From Blasia pusilla (Eukaryota): DNA of 64,000 nt. Below the pieces are notes generated by a model, which saw only the letters and a list, made by a program, of their open reading frames with translations, was not told the origin of the DNA and searched no databases. Below, one piece after another: positions 12,500 through 25,678 of this stretch. The number at the start of each line of letters is the position of its first letter. Positions within the stretch are counted from its first letter, which is position 1. Position numbers and translations under genes: made by a program. The stretch is taken from positions 29,326,001-29,390,000 of the forward strand of contig CM114271.1 of assembly GCA_050084515.1 (NCBI GenBank), in the 5' to 3' direction.

Positions 12500-14350
12500 G
12501 ATTATGTTCGATATGACAAAGGTTCAATTTCTTCCCGTCAAATAGACATCCGACCTTGTGCATGAAATGATTCAATCTAGGGTGGATGTATCTCCAAGTA
12601 TTTCAATATCAGGTTTCAATCATTTTGCTGTAGAGCTTATTCTTCTTTACCATCAACAGTCCACATTCAACCACTTTTGTTGAAAGTTCCTTCAAGTGGT
12701 TTTCCCCTCTAGGGATCTCAATATCCTCAAGCTACGAGTTTCTATTCAAAAAAAATTTTGATGGTATTTTTCAATTTTCAAATGATGAGCCTTAAAGTTT
12801 CCAAATATTTGTAGTATCATCCTTGTATCATTTCAATTAGGATATTTCCTAAGTCTTCCCTACATTCTTTGCATGTAAGCCTCCCGTGGGACTTGCTAAC
12901 CACATTCCAAGTTCTCACCACCCAATTGAGGCCCATTGGATCCGTCTCAACTTTGGATATGAGCTCTAGATCTTACTAGTTCTTGAGCAAAAGATGTAGA
13001 TATTAGACTTAAGGCACTTCCTCGAGTAGATGGGGGAGTATGTAAGGACTTCGAAAGCACCTTGGATGTTATTTAGATTCTCAATAATGACCTCTAGTTT
13101 TCCAAGATCTAATAGTTTCATTGACACTACCTCTTTGGTGCAATACATTGGTTCCATTATATATAGCTTTGCCCAAGTCTCCTACCTATTTATTTGCCTC
13201 AAAGTCTCTATTGACTCTCCCATCATCTTAATCCCAAAAATGTAATTCACTCTTGAAGTTAGTTTTGGCTAGGCAAGAACGTAGATTACTTAGTTTCTCA
13301 TTTGGTTTGTGGAATAAGATGCCTTATGCTTTAAAATTTGTGGGATTAGATATAACATCCATTCTGAAAAATAATCTAACTTTGGTGCCCATAGTGATAA
13401 TGTTGTGTCATGATTTGAGAGACCAAGAAGTCTGAAAGTGTACGTATATTCTAGATTGATTTGTAGTTGTTTATATTATGTAATCACTCAGATATCCCCA
13501 AATCATGTTATTATATGTACAATCCTTCTTTAAAAAATGCACCATTCCATCTCAATAATATCATTAGGATGTGTTAATTCCTATTGAAAGACCGAGGTTT
13601 ATCTCTACTAAACTATCATGCATATGCATATCTATCCCAAACGCCATAAACATCACTAGAGTGCACAATATAGGAAAATTAGTCCTTTCTTGATTGTGTT
13701 ACAGATTCTTTGTGGCCGAGAAGGTCAAACATAATCCCTAACGAGCAAAAAGCGACCGAGTTAATTAAGACTAAATTAGGAATAGATAGGGGCAAGTTAG
13801 GTAGACACCTCCTCACAAAACAATAAGACTAGTAATAACCAAAATTTCTCCATACGAGTGTGTTGGTGGGAATTGTAAGGCCAATGTAAAGAAGAGAAGA
13901 AGCTAGACAAAGATGCACTCCTCACTATGCCAATCGAAGAAAGGATGAGATTTTCTAAAGGGAACAATCCATTAGCAGATACCAAAGTGGCTCTCCATGG
14001 TAGCTCACTTGACATGTAATCTAAAGCTCCCCAATTGTGATATTAAGCTCTGCAATTGTGAACTGCATGTTCATGGTCTCTATTCCTCTAATCTAGGTTT
14101 CCTTGCAGAAATTCTACAGAACTTTGTCTTGGTATAATTTTGAACGCCCTCAAATGAAGTTCCTATCTCAATGAGGCACTTAGCCAAGGGTCTTGCACTA
14201 TCCCCTTCCTTTGCAGTCACTCCCTCCCCATCCACCTCAAACATGAACAGTTGGATCTTCCAAGATCCATGGGATGGTCTCATCAAAGATGTCCGAAGAG
14301 GGTACCCTAAAAGTAACCCAAAACACTATCTGAGCTGCTCCTTTCAATGG
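12500..14350 (-). pseudogene. Heavily decayed coding-like TE remnant, possibly LINE
   Basis: Co-oriented short minus-strand ORFs (12966-13157, 13797-14015, 14080-14286) with many stops; no intact diagnostic motif. Confidence 0.25.
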
Positions 14351-16699
14351 CCAAGATTAGGCTGCCACATTGAATGTATTCTTCTTATTTCAAATCGGTA
14401 TGTATATTGTAAACATAGTTAAAAAAAAATAAAATTTCCAATGATAAACTTTTGTAGCCACTCATGTAACTATTGGATTATCTTTCAACTTTATGTGACC
14501 CAATAAAATCTACAACTTATGCCCCTACCCTTCACCCTTGGGCAAGATGGAGGGCGTAGAAAGGCAAGGGGAGGTGCAATGAGGTGTAAGGTGCGAAGCA
14601 AGGCGGGGGACGGTGGCTTAGGGGCAAGACACGTTAGATGGGGCAGGGATGCCGCTTGCCATGCTCCGCATCCCGTGCCCTATTGCACGGAACTTGCACC
14701 GCACGCCTCCCTCTGCCTCCAATCTCCCATTGGTAGAGGATAGGAAAAGTTTCCCATTCAAACAATTCTATCGTATGGACGGACTTAAGTCATAGACAGG
14801 GGCATGGACTTTCCCCGCGTGCGACGTTGTACATGAGTGAGGTTCATAGTCTTATATTGTTTTTCTAAAAGTATTATTTCTAAAAAATAACAAGTGGAAT
14901 AGGATAAAAGAGTATTGGCATCCTAGAGAATAATTTAAAAGAGGTCTAATCCCTTATGAGAGAAATATTCACTTGATTCAAAAATGAAATCCAAACCAAG
15001 CAAAAGAAGCAAAAATAAAACCACTTTACAAGTGAAGAAAACCACAAATTTGACTCTACTTTGTGATTGATATATTTAATTAGAAGTATTTACATACCTC
15101 TAATTAAATTTTCTTCTTCAAGATGTATTTTCAAGATCCGACCCATTCATAAAATCCTTTGTCACGTGTAATTTAATCAACAATATGCATTGTTAATTAA
15201 ACTCCACCACAAATCCAAGTCCATGTAATGGCCCAAAATATTTCCTATCCATCCTCCACCTATATGTAAGATCTCATAGGTGGAGTATCTCAAAGTAGTG
15301 TTTTCTAGAAAACACCACTTTAAGAGGTGGAGAAAGCATCATGAGATATAGTAGGTAGGCTTGGGTCGGGTATATAGGTAGGTTTGGGTTTGGGAATTTT
15401 CTTGTGTTTTGGTAGAATTCTTCTCCCCACCTTGAGGGCGGGGAGAAGAACTCTAGGAGTGTAAGATGCAAGCCCATTTTAGGAAAAAACATTTGTGCGG
15501 AAGAAAATTTTGTAGGTGTGGACATGGATATGAGAAGTTATCCACGTTGTAGACATGGACTTTGTCACCATACAACCCTGTGAAAAACATGGCTCTTACT
15601 TCACCAAGTATTGAAATTTCAGTTAGATCTTTTGACCATACAGGACATACATTTTCGGCAAAAGAATTCTCGATAGGTGTAAGTAAGGATCTATATTATT
15701 ATTGGAGTGTGCCCTTTCATTTTTCAAACATGTCTCGTTTCACACTTGGCACTTTTTCAACCAATAAAATGGCTTGCTTTCTTAACCAACAAGATAGTTT
15801 AGAATCAATTTAAAATGACACTTGAGAATTATGGAGGTAATTTCAACCCTAGGTTACACTAGTGTTGTCTAATTATCATGGTAGAAGGAAGACTTAGTAC
15901 ATAAACTTCTTGAGAATTGATTAAGCTCTCATTCTTGTTGCATGTACTTAAAGGCATATTTAGTTTCAAAGAGGAAGAAATTGTTGGATGTCATATATAT
16001 AATGAAGCTAGCCAATGTGCGAGAGGACCTAATATAAATAAATAATGTGCCCGAATCTGAATTTAATGTATGAATTTTATCTTTTAAGGTTAATTTGCCT
16101 TTCAAATGGATATATAATAAGAAGAAGTGGAATTCTTCTAATGGCAGTTGAACCTCAACTTTTTCTGTTGCTAATCGAGTCAATGATGTGTTTGTGGCTT
16201 AATCAACCCATTTCTAATTTGTATGCAGAGTTAGAGAGGAATCTAGGAAGTTTTTGTCGTAACAAGTTCCCTTGTTTGTGATAGTTCAGCCACTGAACTG
16301 AAGGGCCTTGATTAACCCTCGCAGAAGCCTTCTCATATTTTAGCAGAGGCACACGGAGGTGATCTTGGATCTCTTAAAGGGGAGGTAGTTTAAGGGATTC
16401 TAGGCTGCCAAAGAAGAAATACTCGCGATGAGGGAGGAAATAAGCAATTTACAGGAACAATGAAAATGGGTCCTCGGTGTTTTGGGATCAGAACCCAAGA
16501 ACGAACTCAATAGACCGCATGCATTGACAAACATCACATTTTTGACAAGAAAGATTGACAAAAGTGAGAGAAAGCTGAAAAAGGCAAAGCGCAATGCCTT
16601 GTTCGTAGCCTCTATATTCTGCTTCGCCTCAGAACTCTAAGCTTTGTTTCACGTGGACTTACCCATCAAGACGTGCGAAAGAGTGACTAGAAAATTGAA

Positions 16700-17956
16700 G
16701 GCAAGCTTACAAAATTAGCACCGATTATGGCTTCAAGGTTTCTCCAAGGAGATTCACCTATCTTGATGGATCATATTGCCCATGTAGAGGAGGGGGACTT
16801 GTTATTTCAACAAAAATTGAGATCTGCACGAGCTCTTCTTCCTCTTGCTACACAAGTAATTCTACCCCTTTTCAATCAACTGATTACGGAAGGGCTTGAT
16901 CGACTTCAAAAGCATATCTCTGAGAATTTGCATCAAATCAACTTTTCCAGCATTCTCTCCAAGACATCCTTTGACACTAATCGAGCTCGTCTACGTTCAT
17001 GTGCAGGTACCAGAGCGGGGGCGTGGCTTACTACAAATCCTATTATTCTTCCATTTCCTCTTCCTCGAAGTATATTCTCGACAGCTATGCGATTACGTCT
17101 TGGACTTCCCCATCATTCTCTCTTAGGTGTGTCGAATTGTGTATGCGGGGATCCCATTGATGCCAAGGGTATCCATATTCTCCGATGTGCACATGGTGGA
17201 GAACCAACGACCACACATGATGTCATTAGAGAGGCGGTAGCATCGGTGGCTCGTATTGCAGTATACATCATTGGGCAAGAGCAACTCCACGTCCTACCTT
17301 CAACCACACAAGCAACCTTTCGTCGGAAAGTGGATCTTGTTATGTCTCGAGGTGGATTCCAGACACTAGGTGATGTGGTGGCTGCTGATCCAACACGTTG
17401 TGACTTGGTGTGTCGAGCTGCACATACCAAAGGTTTGGCGGCCGAAACTGCAGCAAGAATGAAGGAGTTAAGTTATGTTGTAAGACATGTGCCTGATGGA
17501 TTATTTCCTTTTGCAGTGGAAGTATTCGGTCATTTACATGTGTCTTTTGATACTTTCCTGAAAACATGTGCTCACCACTCCCTCGAGAATCATCACCTTG
17601 CCCCTTCCCGTAGTCCTTCTCTCTCGGTAGTTACTCCTTATTTTTGGCAATGCATCTCAGTGGCCTTACAACGTGCACAAGCCTTGGCATTGATACGTCG
17701 TGCGGAGGTGGTGGGGGATCGTCCGCCTCGTCGTCCATTCACGACTGACCAACCACTTGTGTTCTTGTCAGATTTGTTTCAAGCTATCAATCGTGTAGCT
17801 CGTTGAACCGGTGTTTGCGTTGGCTTGTTACCATTTTCTTTTTGCATTCTTGTATGCATTTTTTGACTCCTCTTTTGAGTTGTAATTACCTTTCTTTGTC
17901 CTCTTCTGAAATTTATTTTATAATAAAGTGGATATATATATATATTTATTTATTTA
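16700..17956 (+). mobile_element. 5'-truncated CRE-like non-LTR retrotransposon
   Basis: RLE ORF, then a ~120-bp T-rich 3' UTR, AATAAA at 17922-17927 and a (TA)n/(TTTA)n tail; no RT domain upstream. Confidence 0.7.
16727..17806 (+). CDS. C-terminal part (zinc finger plus restriction-like endonuclease) of a CRE-clade non-LTR retrotransposon polyprotein
   Basis: 359-aa ORF with RARLRSCAG..AGAWL, AMRLRLGLP, CVC..H...C finger, HDVIRE, RKVDL..D nuclease core, FPFAVEVFG and ISVALQRAQA; this layout is typical of CRE/RLE elements. Confidence 0.8.
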   Translation: MASRFLQGDSPILMDHIAHVEEGDLLFQQKLRSARALLPLATQVILPLFNQLITEGLDRLQKHISENLHQINFSSILSKTSFDTNRARLRSCAGTRAGAWLTTNPIILPFPLPRSIFSTAMRLRLGLPHHSLLGVSNCVCGDPIDAKGIHILRCAHGGEPTTTHDVIREAVASVARIAVYIIGQEQLHVLPSTTQATFRRKVDLVMSRGGFQTLGDVVAADPTRCDLVCRAAHTKGLAAETAARMKELSYVVRHVPDGLFPFAVEVFGHLHVSFDTFLKTCAHHSLENHHLAPSRSPSLSVVTPYFWQCISVALQRAQALALIRRAEVVGDRPPRRPFTTDQPLVFLSDLFQAINRVAR

Positions 17957-19389
17957 CACAATAGTATTTAAGAGCTTAAGCACTAAAGATAAGTGATCAC
18001 ACTCATAATGCTTTTATTACTTTAATGTGATATCAGTAAGAGAGTGCTAAAGACGTTGAAAAGGAAAGCTCTGGAAATAGGACTGAAAGATCTGTTTGAG
18101 GCCCGCTTCAAAATAGAGGAATCCTGTTAAAGAAGCTTTAAGCCTTCTGGTGAGAGATTCAATGTTGATCCGTTAGTTCAATTGGTACCAATGGAGTGGC
18201 ACTTTAAACGATGGTGAGAATCGCCTTATGTAGATGAGTTATTGTTTTCTGTCATTGTTTGCACTTCCCCATCAAATATATTCATGACGAGTCAATAATA
18301 AAATTCCTCCACGCGAGGACCCTTCAGTGGAGGACGACAACAGCAGTGCTTCACCTGACGGACAGACAGCATTGGAATAGTTGGATCTTTTAAAAATTCG
18401 AAGTCCAGATACCATGGGTTTTTGTGGGTTAAGCCAAATATAACTTGTTATACTTGCCTGAAAATCCCCACTCATAAATTTCATTAATCTCTCAGAACTA
18501 TCTAAAGAGACCATAAATAGTTAATCCGCCGAAAAGAAAGACACGGCCTTAGCTTCTGCATGTGACCAACTAATGACAAAAGTAAGTATAAAAGACAACT
18601 ACCATCAACTCTTACACAAATCAGAACCCAAGGACCAACCATTTAACCATGCTCATAATTTATCTCGAAGACATCTTCGATCAGCACAAATCTACATTAT
18701 TAATGAAACACAAAAGGGCTACTATAAATGTACAGTAAAAAGAAAAAAAATCTATAAAAATTGAAACACCAAAGCTAATTTTCACCTTAGTTTACTTGCA
18801 TGCGAGTCTCCACACAATTCCAAACAGATTTTCAAATAATTTTTCTAGGTCACAACTGATGACGTTAGTCACGAAGCAAACGATACTCGTTACAATTGGT
18901 TTTACAAGATTGGTTCACTCTACGCCACTGCATACGGAGTTCTTACTAGTCACTTTTGATATCACAAAGAGCCCAATCTCAAGAGTGATTCTTAATTTTT
19001 TTGACTGATAAGCATATCAGTGAATCACGGAGGAGAAAACAAATGTCCCCGGCAAACTTCCTAAATCTGGATCTCTGCTGGCGAAAACTTCCACATGACT
19101 TAGGGGCTCGAGTTCAGTCGACAATGTAGCGGGCCTGTTTCACCTCAATTTTCGATAGTGATAGCTCGGAATTATCTTAATATTCAACTGGTCGGGTGAA
19201 TTGTGTGCTTGCCTGGCTCGCGCCGAAAATCCAGATGTAGAAACAGAGTTTTCTAAAAAATGTGCACAAAAGTGAATATTTGGACGTGTCATATGAAGTT
19301 CACTTCACTCAAATTTCTGGGCAAGCGGCGGATTCGCTGCAGATTGTGCAATGACAGGATTGATATCCGGAAATCCGTTTAAGGAACAT

Positions 19390-20700
19390 AAATGGTCAAG
19401 AGAGATCGATTTTCAACGAATATACATGTAGAGTTATATTTTTCAGTTTAAGTCCAGGGATTTCTAATTCGTCTGGCAGACTCTGGCTGACATAAGATTT
19501 CTCACGAATACACACACGCGCAGAATCGATATTAGAACCCATTCGCGCATCCTCGGCCATGCCTAATCCGTCATGGACACCGGTCATATTCCGCATTCAC
19601 CGTTTACAGATTCCACTGACAGATTTCGTTCTAAGAACATGTCCACATGGTCAAGTGAGATGCATATTCTCATCCGAGTAGAACTCCGAGAGACTCCTTC
19701 CTCCTAGTAGAGGAGAGAGTCTTTCGGAGGTCCCAGTAGCAACTCTTCACCATACCCGCGAGCATTGGAAGATAACATACAGGTAAGGATCCAGAGTTGA
19801 AGAGAACCCGAACGTTGTCGTGAATGTGGAGTAACCAGTAGTAAGCTTGGATATTTGGTGACGGCAGATTAAAGAGACGAGATCCACGACGTTGTTTATC
19901 TTGTGGTAACCCTGTGCTTCATCGATAGCGTTCGCGTCAGTTAAGTTTTGGGTCGATCAAACATGGTGGATGTTCTTACGCTACCTATACGAAGATGAGA
20001 AACTTTGAAATTTACAGAGAAATTGCTCGCCCGATGGAGTCGATAGATCTACATCCACCATCCTCCGCATATATAATTTTTCTACAGAATTTCAAACAAC
20101 CCGGGAAGTGCTCGGGTCTTCGAGTGTGCGTGAGGGAATCTCGAAAAGCAGAGGGTTACAACATTTGAATGTCGTGAAGATTAATCGCAAGTGTTGTCGA
20201 TAATTCACCTCTTGAAATTTACTTCGACAAGGTGGGATGGAGGTCGCGAATAGGACAGGTTGCGATCCGAAAAAGATAATTGATGGGTTGAAGAATTTTC
20301 AGCCTCCACCGCTTCATTACTTCGAAAAACATCTTCTGTGATCAACGAAAGTCCAAACTTATTCAGCGCATTCGAACGTACCCCAATCCATCATGGCCTG
20401 GAAGCTGGTAGGCTCCGAGAGCTCATGAACATAGCTGATCCAAGTTTGATCTGCTAAAACGTTTTCGAAGTTAACGACATGGCTCGATCATACACCTTTT
20501 GGTAAGAACTCTTAGTCTTACCTGTGTAGCCCTAATCACTACTATGAACAGGTCACATGATACTATTTAATGAATCCTACTCTCGGATAATCAAATACTT
20601 GGCTTGACCGTTCTAAATCACAACCGTGACTTTACCAACAATGGGATCCCCAGGGACTTATTTCTTTGCTACATAGCTAACTTTCGATACTGACGACTTC
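19390..20700 (-). pseudogene. Possible decayed Ginger/KRBA2-like integrase (transposase)
   Basis: Manual translation gives VHSSD*GYTGKTK (~20550-20510), KFGLSLITEDV, IATCPIR (CxxC-like, ~20255), RMVDVDL (~20055) and SVESVNG (~19610), in HHCC-DDE order but with many lesions. Confidence 0.35.
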
Positions 20701-23339
20701 AAATGTCAAATTTAGAGTAATACGTACTTCTCTGAAGATTCTCTTGATCAATTTGCTTCATCAGGCACCTAGTTGGCTAGCGTCGCGATCCGGACGCCGC
20801 GGGAGCTCGGTTGACGATTAATTCAAGCTCTGATCAATGTGTGGTAGATGTCGCGTGGTCTCATCCTGCTCGCGGAAATCCAAACAGGTTCAACATGTCA
20901 ATTTGAAGTCTGAAACAAGTTCAACAGCTGTGAACTTTCTCGTGGGATCGGAAAGTGCGAAGAATTTGATGAATCGAATCGAATACTTTTCAACTCAAAA
21001 TTGTCTAACAAAATGAAGTAGGAGCGTGCCAATTTGTTGAGAAAGAGACATTGAAAAAAACGAAAACATCTGAAAAATAACAAATCAAGACCAAGCAATG
21101 AAGAAGCCAATGGTCAGCATCCGACGAAAATCAGGGTCTCACCGGAGTGAGATATTATGTCAGACAGATCCCGGCATATCGTTGCATACCCCTGGACACC
21201 GGACTCGACATGCTCGTGACGCTAAATCGAGGGATAACTTGGAGGGCGATCTGGCTCGGGTCGGCCCAGGACAGATCCACATAGGAAAGTCTTCTTCTTA
21301 CACAACATATTCCTAGTATGGAATAGGAATGAGTCCAGACAGAGAACTACCCTCCCCTGAACAGCTCGTCCGAGATATACTGTAACCCTCTCGATTACTT
21401 GAAATGAATCAAGTACAACCTTCCAGAGGCTCCCGAGTTCATGGTCCCAGCGACCAGATCGTAGGTAGTTTACTGGAATCAGGACACGTATTCATAAAGT
21501 ACGGAGCACATGGTACAACAATCCAAACGTGACTATGGCGATCAGGAATCTGGACCGAAGAAACCCTGACTAGAAAGCTCGAAACCCATAAAAAGCCGAC
21601 TGCAGGCATTTAGGGTGAGAAAGCTGGCGACTAAGAATACCAAACAGTGGAATGACTGGAGTCGTAATATCAGATCCCCAAAATATCTGGATCTAAGAAT
21701 AAGGATGACAGGCTCGCCACTCTCTTCGAGCTCTGGGCCCCGCCGCGTCCCTATCTGGACAGCCCCCTGGATCTGGCTCATTTGAGCCTACGTAGGCTGA
21801 AATATTTGGTGACGAAGAAATTGGCCACGACCGCAATGATCTGAGGTAAGATACGGTGAGGTAGAAAGAAACTGCGAGGCGCTGGCCTCGCAGCGTTCTT
21901 AACTAAAATGTGCTCTGATCACGTTAGGGCTCGCCCTGCGCACTCTCCTTTGCGGCGATCTCGTGCATGGCACGAGAACCTACTCGTTAGGCGTCTGGTT
22001 CCCATGCAAGCAAGGCAAGCCCTGGCCCACCAACACAAGTTTTCCAGTCGATCTGGGCGGAAGAGTCCACCCACCCAACCAACAGCGCGCGTTCACACGC
22101 TGTAGACTAAACTTTTGAATTTCCTCCCCGACGATATCTGAAGACATCTCATAGCGGGCAGACCAGAGTGCGTTGATTACCTTCCCGATGCTTTCGTGGC
22201 TCGATTTTATCTCCTATGGCTGCGATCCTCCGACTAGCTAACGTCAACGTTTTGCTTAATTCATCAAAATAGCTTGATTCATGTCACGTCAACATTGGCC
22301 CATGAGTGATCTAGGTAGATGTCTTGGGATTGGGCTCGGCCCTCCACTTTTCGCAATCTATACCGGTAACAATACCCGGCATCAAATTTTAGGATATGAA
22401 AATTTCAACAATCTCAAAAAAATTGTATACAAATACTAAATTTCACACATATGAAAATTTTGATTAATTTTAATTTAGCTTATGACCATAGAATAAACAT
22501 TCTTAGCATAAATAGCCTTTTTCACTTTAGGTCATCAAATGAATAGAATGCATGGAGTCTACTCTTAACAAGCCAATATGTGATTGCACATGAGAAAATA
22601 TTAGATTTGAAAAGTAGATACCAACTCTCTCTCTCTAATGTTTTATTTATTAATCGTCATTCCAAAAACATGATGAATACTAAATTGAAATCTTCGCAAA
22701 TCAAATGATAGAGAGGAATCAAGTGCAATCAATGAAATGCGTGGAATGAACACTCAAACTCCAATGCTTTGTCCTATGATAATTTTTGCATCTATAAGAT
22801 ATCACCAAGCAAGTCCCATCTCTTATTCATTTGCTCCATTCATATTTCATAATAGTTTTATCCGAGCTCTGATCTTCAAAGTCAAACAATGAGGTGGAAA
22901 TCCAAATGGTAAACATGTGTTCAAAATTTCTCTTGGATAAACAAGCCTCATCTCCTTGTTGGAAACAAAATCAGCACTCAAGAAAGTATGCTTCTATAAA
23001 AACAAAAGAAATCATTAATGATAATCGAGATGATAGCAATACGATCATGAAAATATATTCATGATATTTAAGAGCATAGATATTACCTCTCCTCGAAATC
23101 GAGACAGAATTTTGGAATCAATAATATCTTCCATTAAAAAGGAAGTCCCAAAGTATGCGCATTCTACAATGAAGGCGCAGGCGCTGATTAGAAAGGCTTT
23201 AAATCAACAACATTTTTTGTAGCACATCGAAAAAATGAACTAGCACTCCAGCATTGTGTGATAGATATCCACATATCGAGTACAAACGACACTGATCATT
23301 TTGAAATTAGTTGTGCAAAATTTGAACCAGCAAATGCAT

Positions 23340-24590
23340 TTCTCTCAAAAAATGATCATGGTTGAAGATAAGTAATGGATTCAAACTCAATCTGACACAA
23401 TATGTTCTTCTAGACTCCTTTGATCCTGTCCACATCGCACAAAGTGAAATTCTCCTTCAACTCAAATACTCTGCATCTAAAGGTTACTCCCAAATTTAGC
23501 CCTGAAATGTAGTGAGACTTGCTTCCAGCAAAGCCTACCCTAACGACTTATGTGCCTTAGAGGTTGACAAACCCAACTTCTTCACGAAACTAAAACTAAG
23601 AAAGGAGTGCGCAGCACTTGCATCAACAAGCAACATCACATCGCAATCAATAATCTTGGATCTTAGGTACGATAGATTGGCGTCCTCTTGGTAATTTTAA
23701 GGGATATTTCCTGAGCTCCTGCCAACAGTATCTTAACAACAAACGCAATCATACTCCATTACTAACCTTAGGCTCTTCAAACACCTCTTGGCCATGTGCC
23801 CTGGTTCACCACCATTATAGCAAATCACTTCAGTGTTCTCTAACTTAGGCTGTGTGAGTTCTAGCTATATCAGGAACTTGTTCACTTTCTAAGACCGCCC
23901 CATTCCTATGAATGGCGTCGGAAAATTTTTCTTACAAAGCTTCTTGCCATAACTAGAAGCTTTGTCTGACCCAAGCTCAACGATCCGCTAACTCTGGTAG
24001 GCCATCTGCTTAGTCATCAACCTCACCAAGTCCATCATCTGGACATAGAAGGACATGTCACTTGAGTTTGGAGCTGGCGCCGAAGGCCCCGCCGAAAGAT
24101 TTGAGTTTAGGACATCCTCGTGTCTTGGGCTTGACGCTTTGGGAGTCGCTATCTCCTCCTTTGGCCCACGGTCAGTGATTGGCTCAACTTTTTTAGCTTG
24201 ACTCGCGGCTTCCTTGGTTCTATAACCTTGGAGGCCATTCTAGAGTCCTTGCCTTCTGAGATCTCCTCCTCGTCTCTTGCATCCCTCCCCGAGCGTTGAG
24301 GTCTCCCTTCTACCTTACGTTCTTCTAAAACGTCCAAATCTCCCACGACCCCAAGTTCACGCTCGCCAAGGATAAGCTCTGGTACCACGTGTTGTGTGCC
24401 TACTCTCCTTGAACGTAAATCCTCACTGTTGCAGAAATGTGCGTTTAATAGGACATACTCTTAATGTTGATCTGCATCCAAACACACACTCATGTTAGTC
24501 GGGTCTGGGTCAATCTGCGCTCTAACTCTCTGAGTTCTTAACTCGGCCTCTCATCAAGCTCAACCTTCCTAGTTTCTCGCTTTACAACTC
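23340..24590 (-). mobile_element. Truncated canonical Ty3/Gypsy element: LTR end, PBS, gag zinc knuckle, aspartic protease
   Basis: Minus strand: ...CACAACA (ends 24390), then CG, then TGGTACCAGAGC. Downstream are CYNGGEPGHMAKRC (~23820-23783) and LLVDASAAHSFL (~23633-23598). Confidence 0.75.
24376..24387 (-). promoter_or_regulatory. Primer-binding site (tRNA-iMet type)
   Basis: TGGTACCAGAGC is one mismatch from the canonical TGGTATCAGAGC and lies 2 nt after an LTR-terminal CA. Confidence 0.8.
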
Positions 24591-25678
24591 TGTCACATCT
24601 TATTTCGACGTAGGTAGAGTTCTATCTCGTCGACGTCATAGAGAGTCAGCAGGTTGTTTGGGTGTTACTTCATCTCAAGATGTCCAATGAGGTTGGCGAC
24701 AGGTCTGTTGTGTTGAGAACGTTGCTTACGGCGATTTCCCTATTTTGATTTTAGTCTGGCAGGTGACCTGGTGACTGAGTCAATGATCACCTAGTAACTT
24801 GTGCACACACGTTACCGTTGGTAGGGCTAGTTCTGAGGGAAGTGCCTTTTGGCTCTTCCCAAGGGTATAAGAGTGAGGAAGATGGCTTTCCCAAGCCATC
24901 TTTCTCACGTTGAGCTTTAGGAGCGCCTCTCTTGCATAGACAGATGTGGGTGTGTAGGAGTATAGGAGTTAGGGTGCTAGCATCCTGATTCCCTCATAGC
25001 GGAGGATGGATGTATTTTGATATGCCGATGTAGATTCATAAGTGGATATTTCGGTCGGGTGAACCATTTTTACTACTCTTGATTTTACATGAGAAAGATG
25101 CGAGGATGTAGGGGATTTGTTGTTTGCAGGTAGGCAAGCGAGTTGCCTCGGTGGGGAGCCCTTGGAGACGCTGGTTGATGTTTTTGTTGTCATTTTTCTG
25201 GTCGTTTAGGGTTTAGGGTTTAGGGTCATGCTCGGAAGCGCTGCTCATTTTTCTCATATTTTCATAGATAGAGGATTAGGATAGAGCACCAGCGGAGTGG
25301 TGGACAGGGTGCTCGAGTGTAGCACAAAGTGTAGCGTTGACGGGAGAACATCGAGAATAGTTGGGAATGTTGAAAGAGGAAAAGATAGGACTAGTTTTAG
25401 GTCTGGTAGCCACCTTGAGTTGGAGTGGGGTCATGGACACCTAGGTCGTTTGTAGGCGGCCTAGGAAGAGTTGCGAAGTGGGCGGCTAGGTTGTAAGGTT
25501 TAGGTTGCATAGGGTTGGGAGTTGCCACGGATGGAGGCACATAGGGATCCACAAAGCGAGAATGGAGGAGAGCTACAGAGCCAGGGAGGTCCGTCCGGGT
25601 AAACTCCTAGGGCCGTGGAAGGCCGCGGGTGCAGCTACGTTGAGCATAGGGACGCAGAACCTCCCCACTTATGTAGAG

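Noticed and set aside
25205-25225. (TTTAGGG)3 as a telomere-healing site
   Set aside because: Only three units inside a retroelement leader, with homology to copy 1 continuing on both sides
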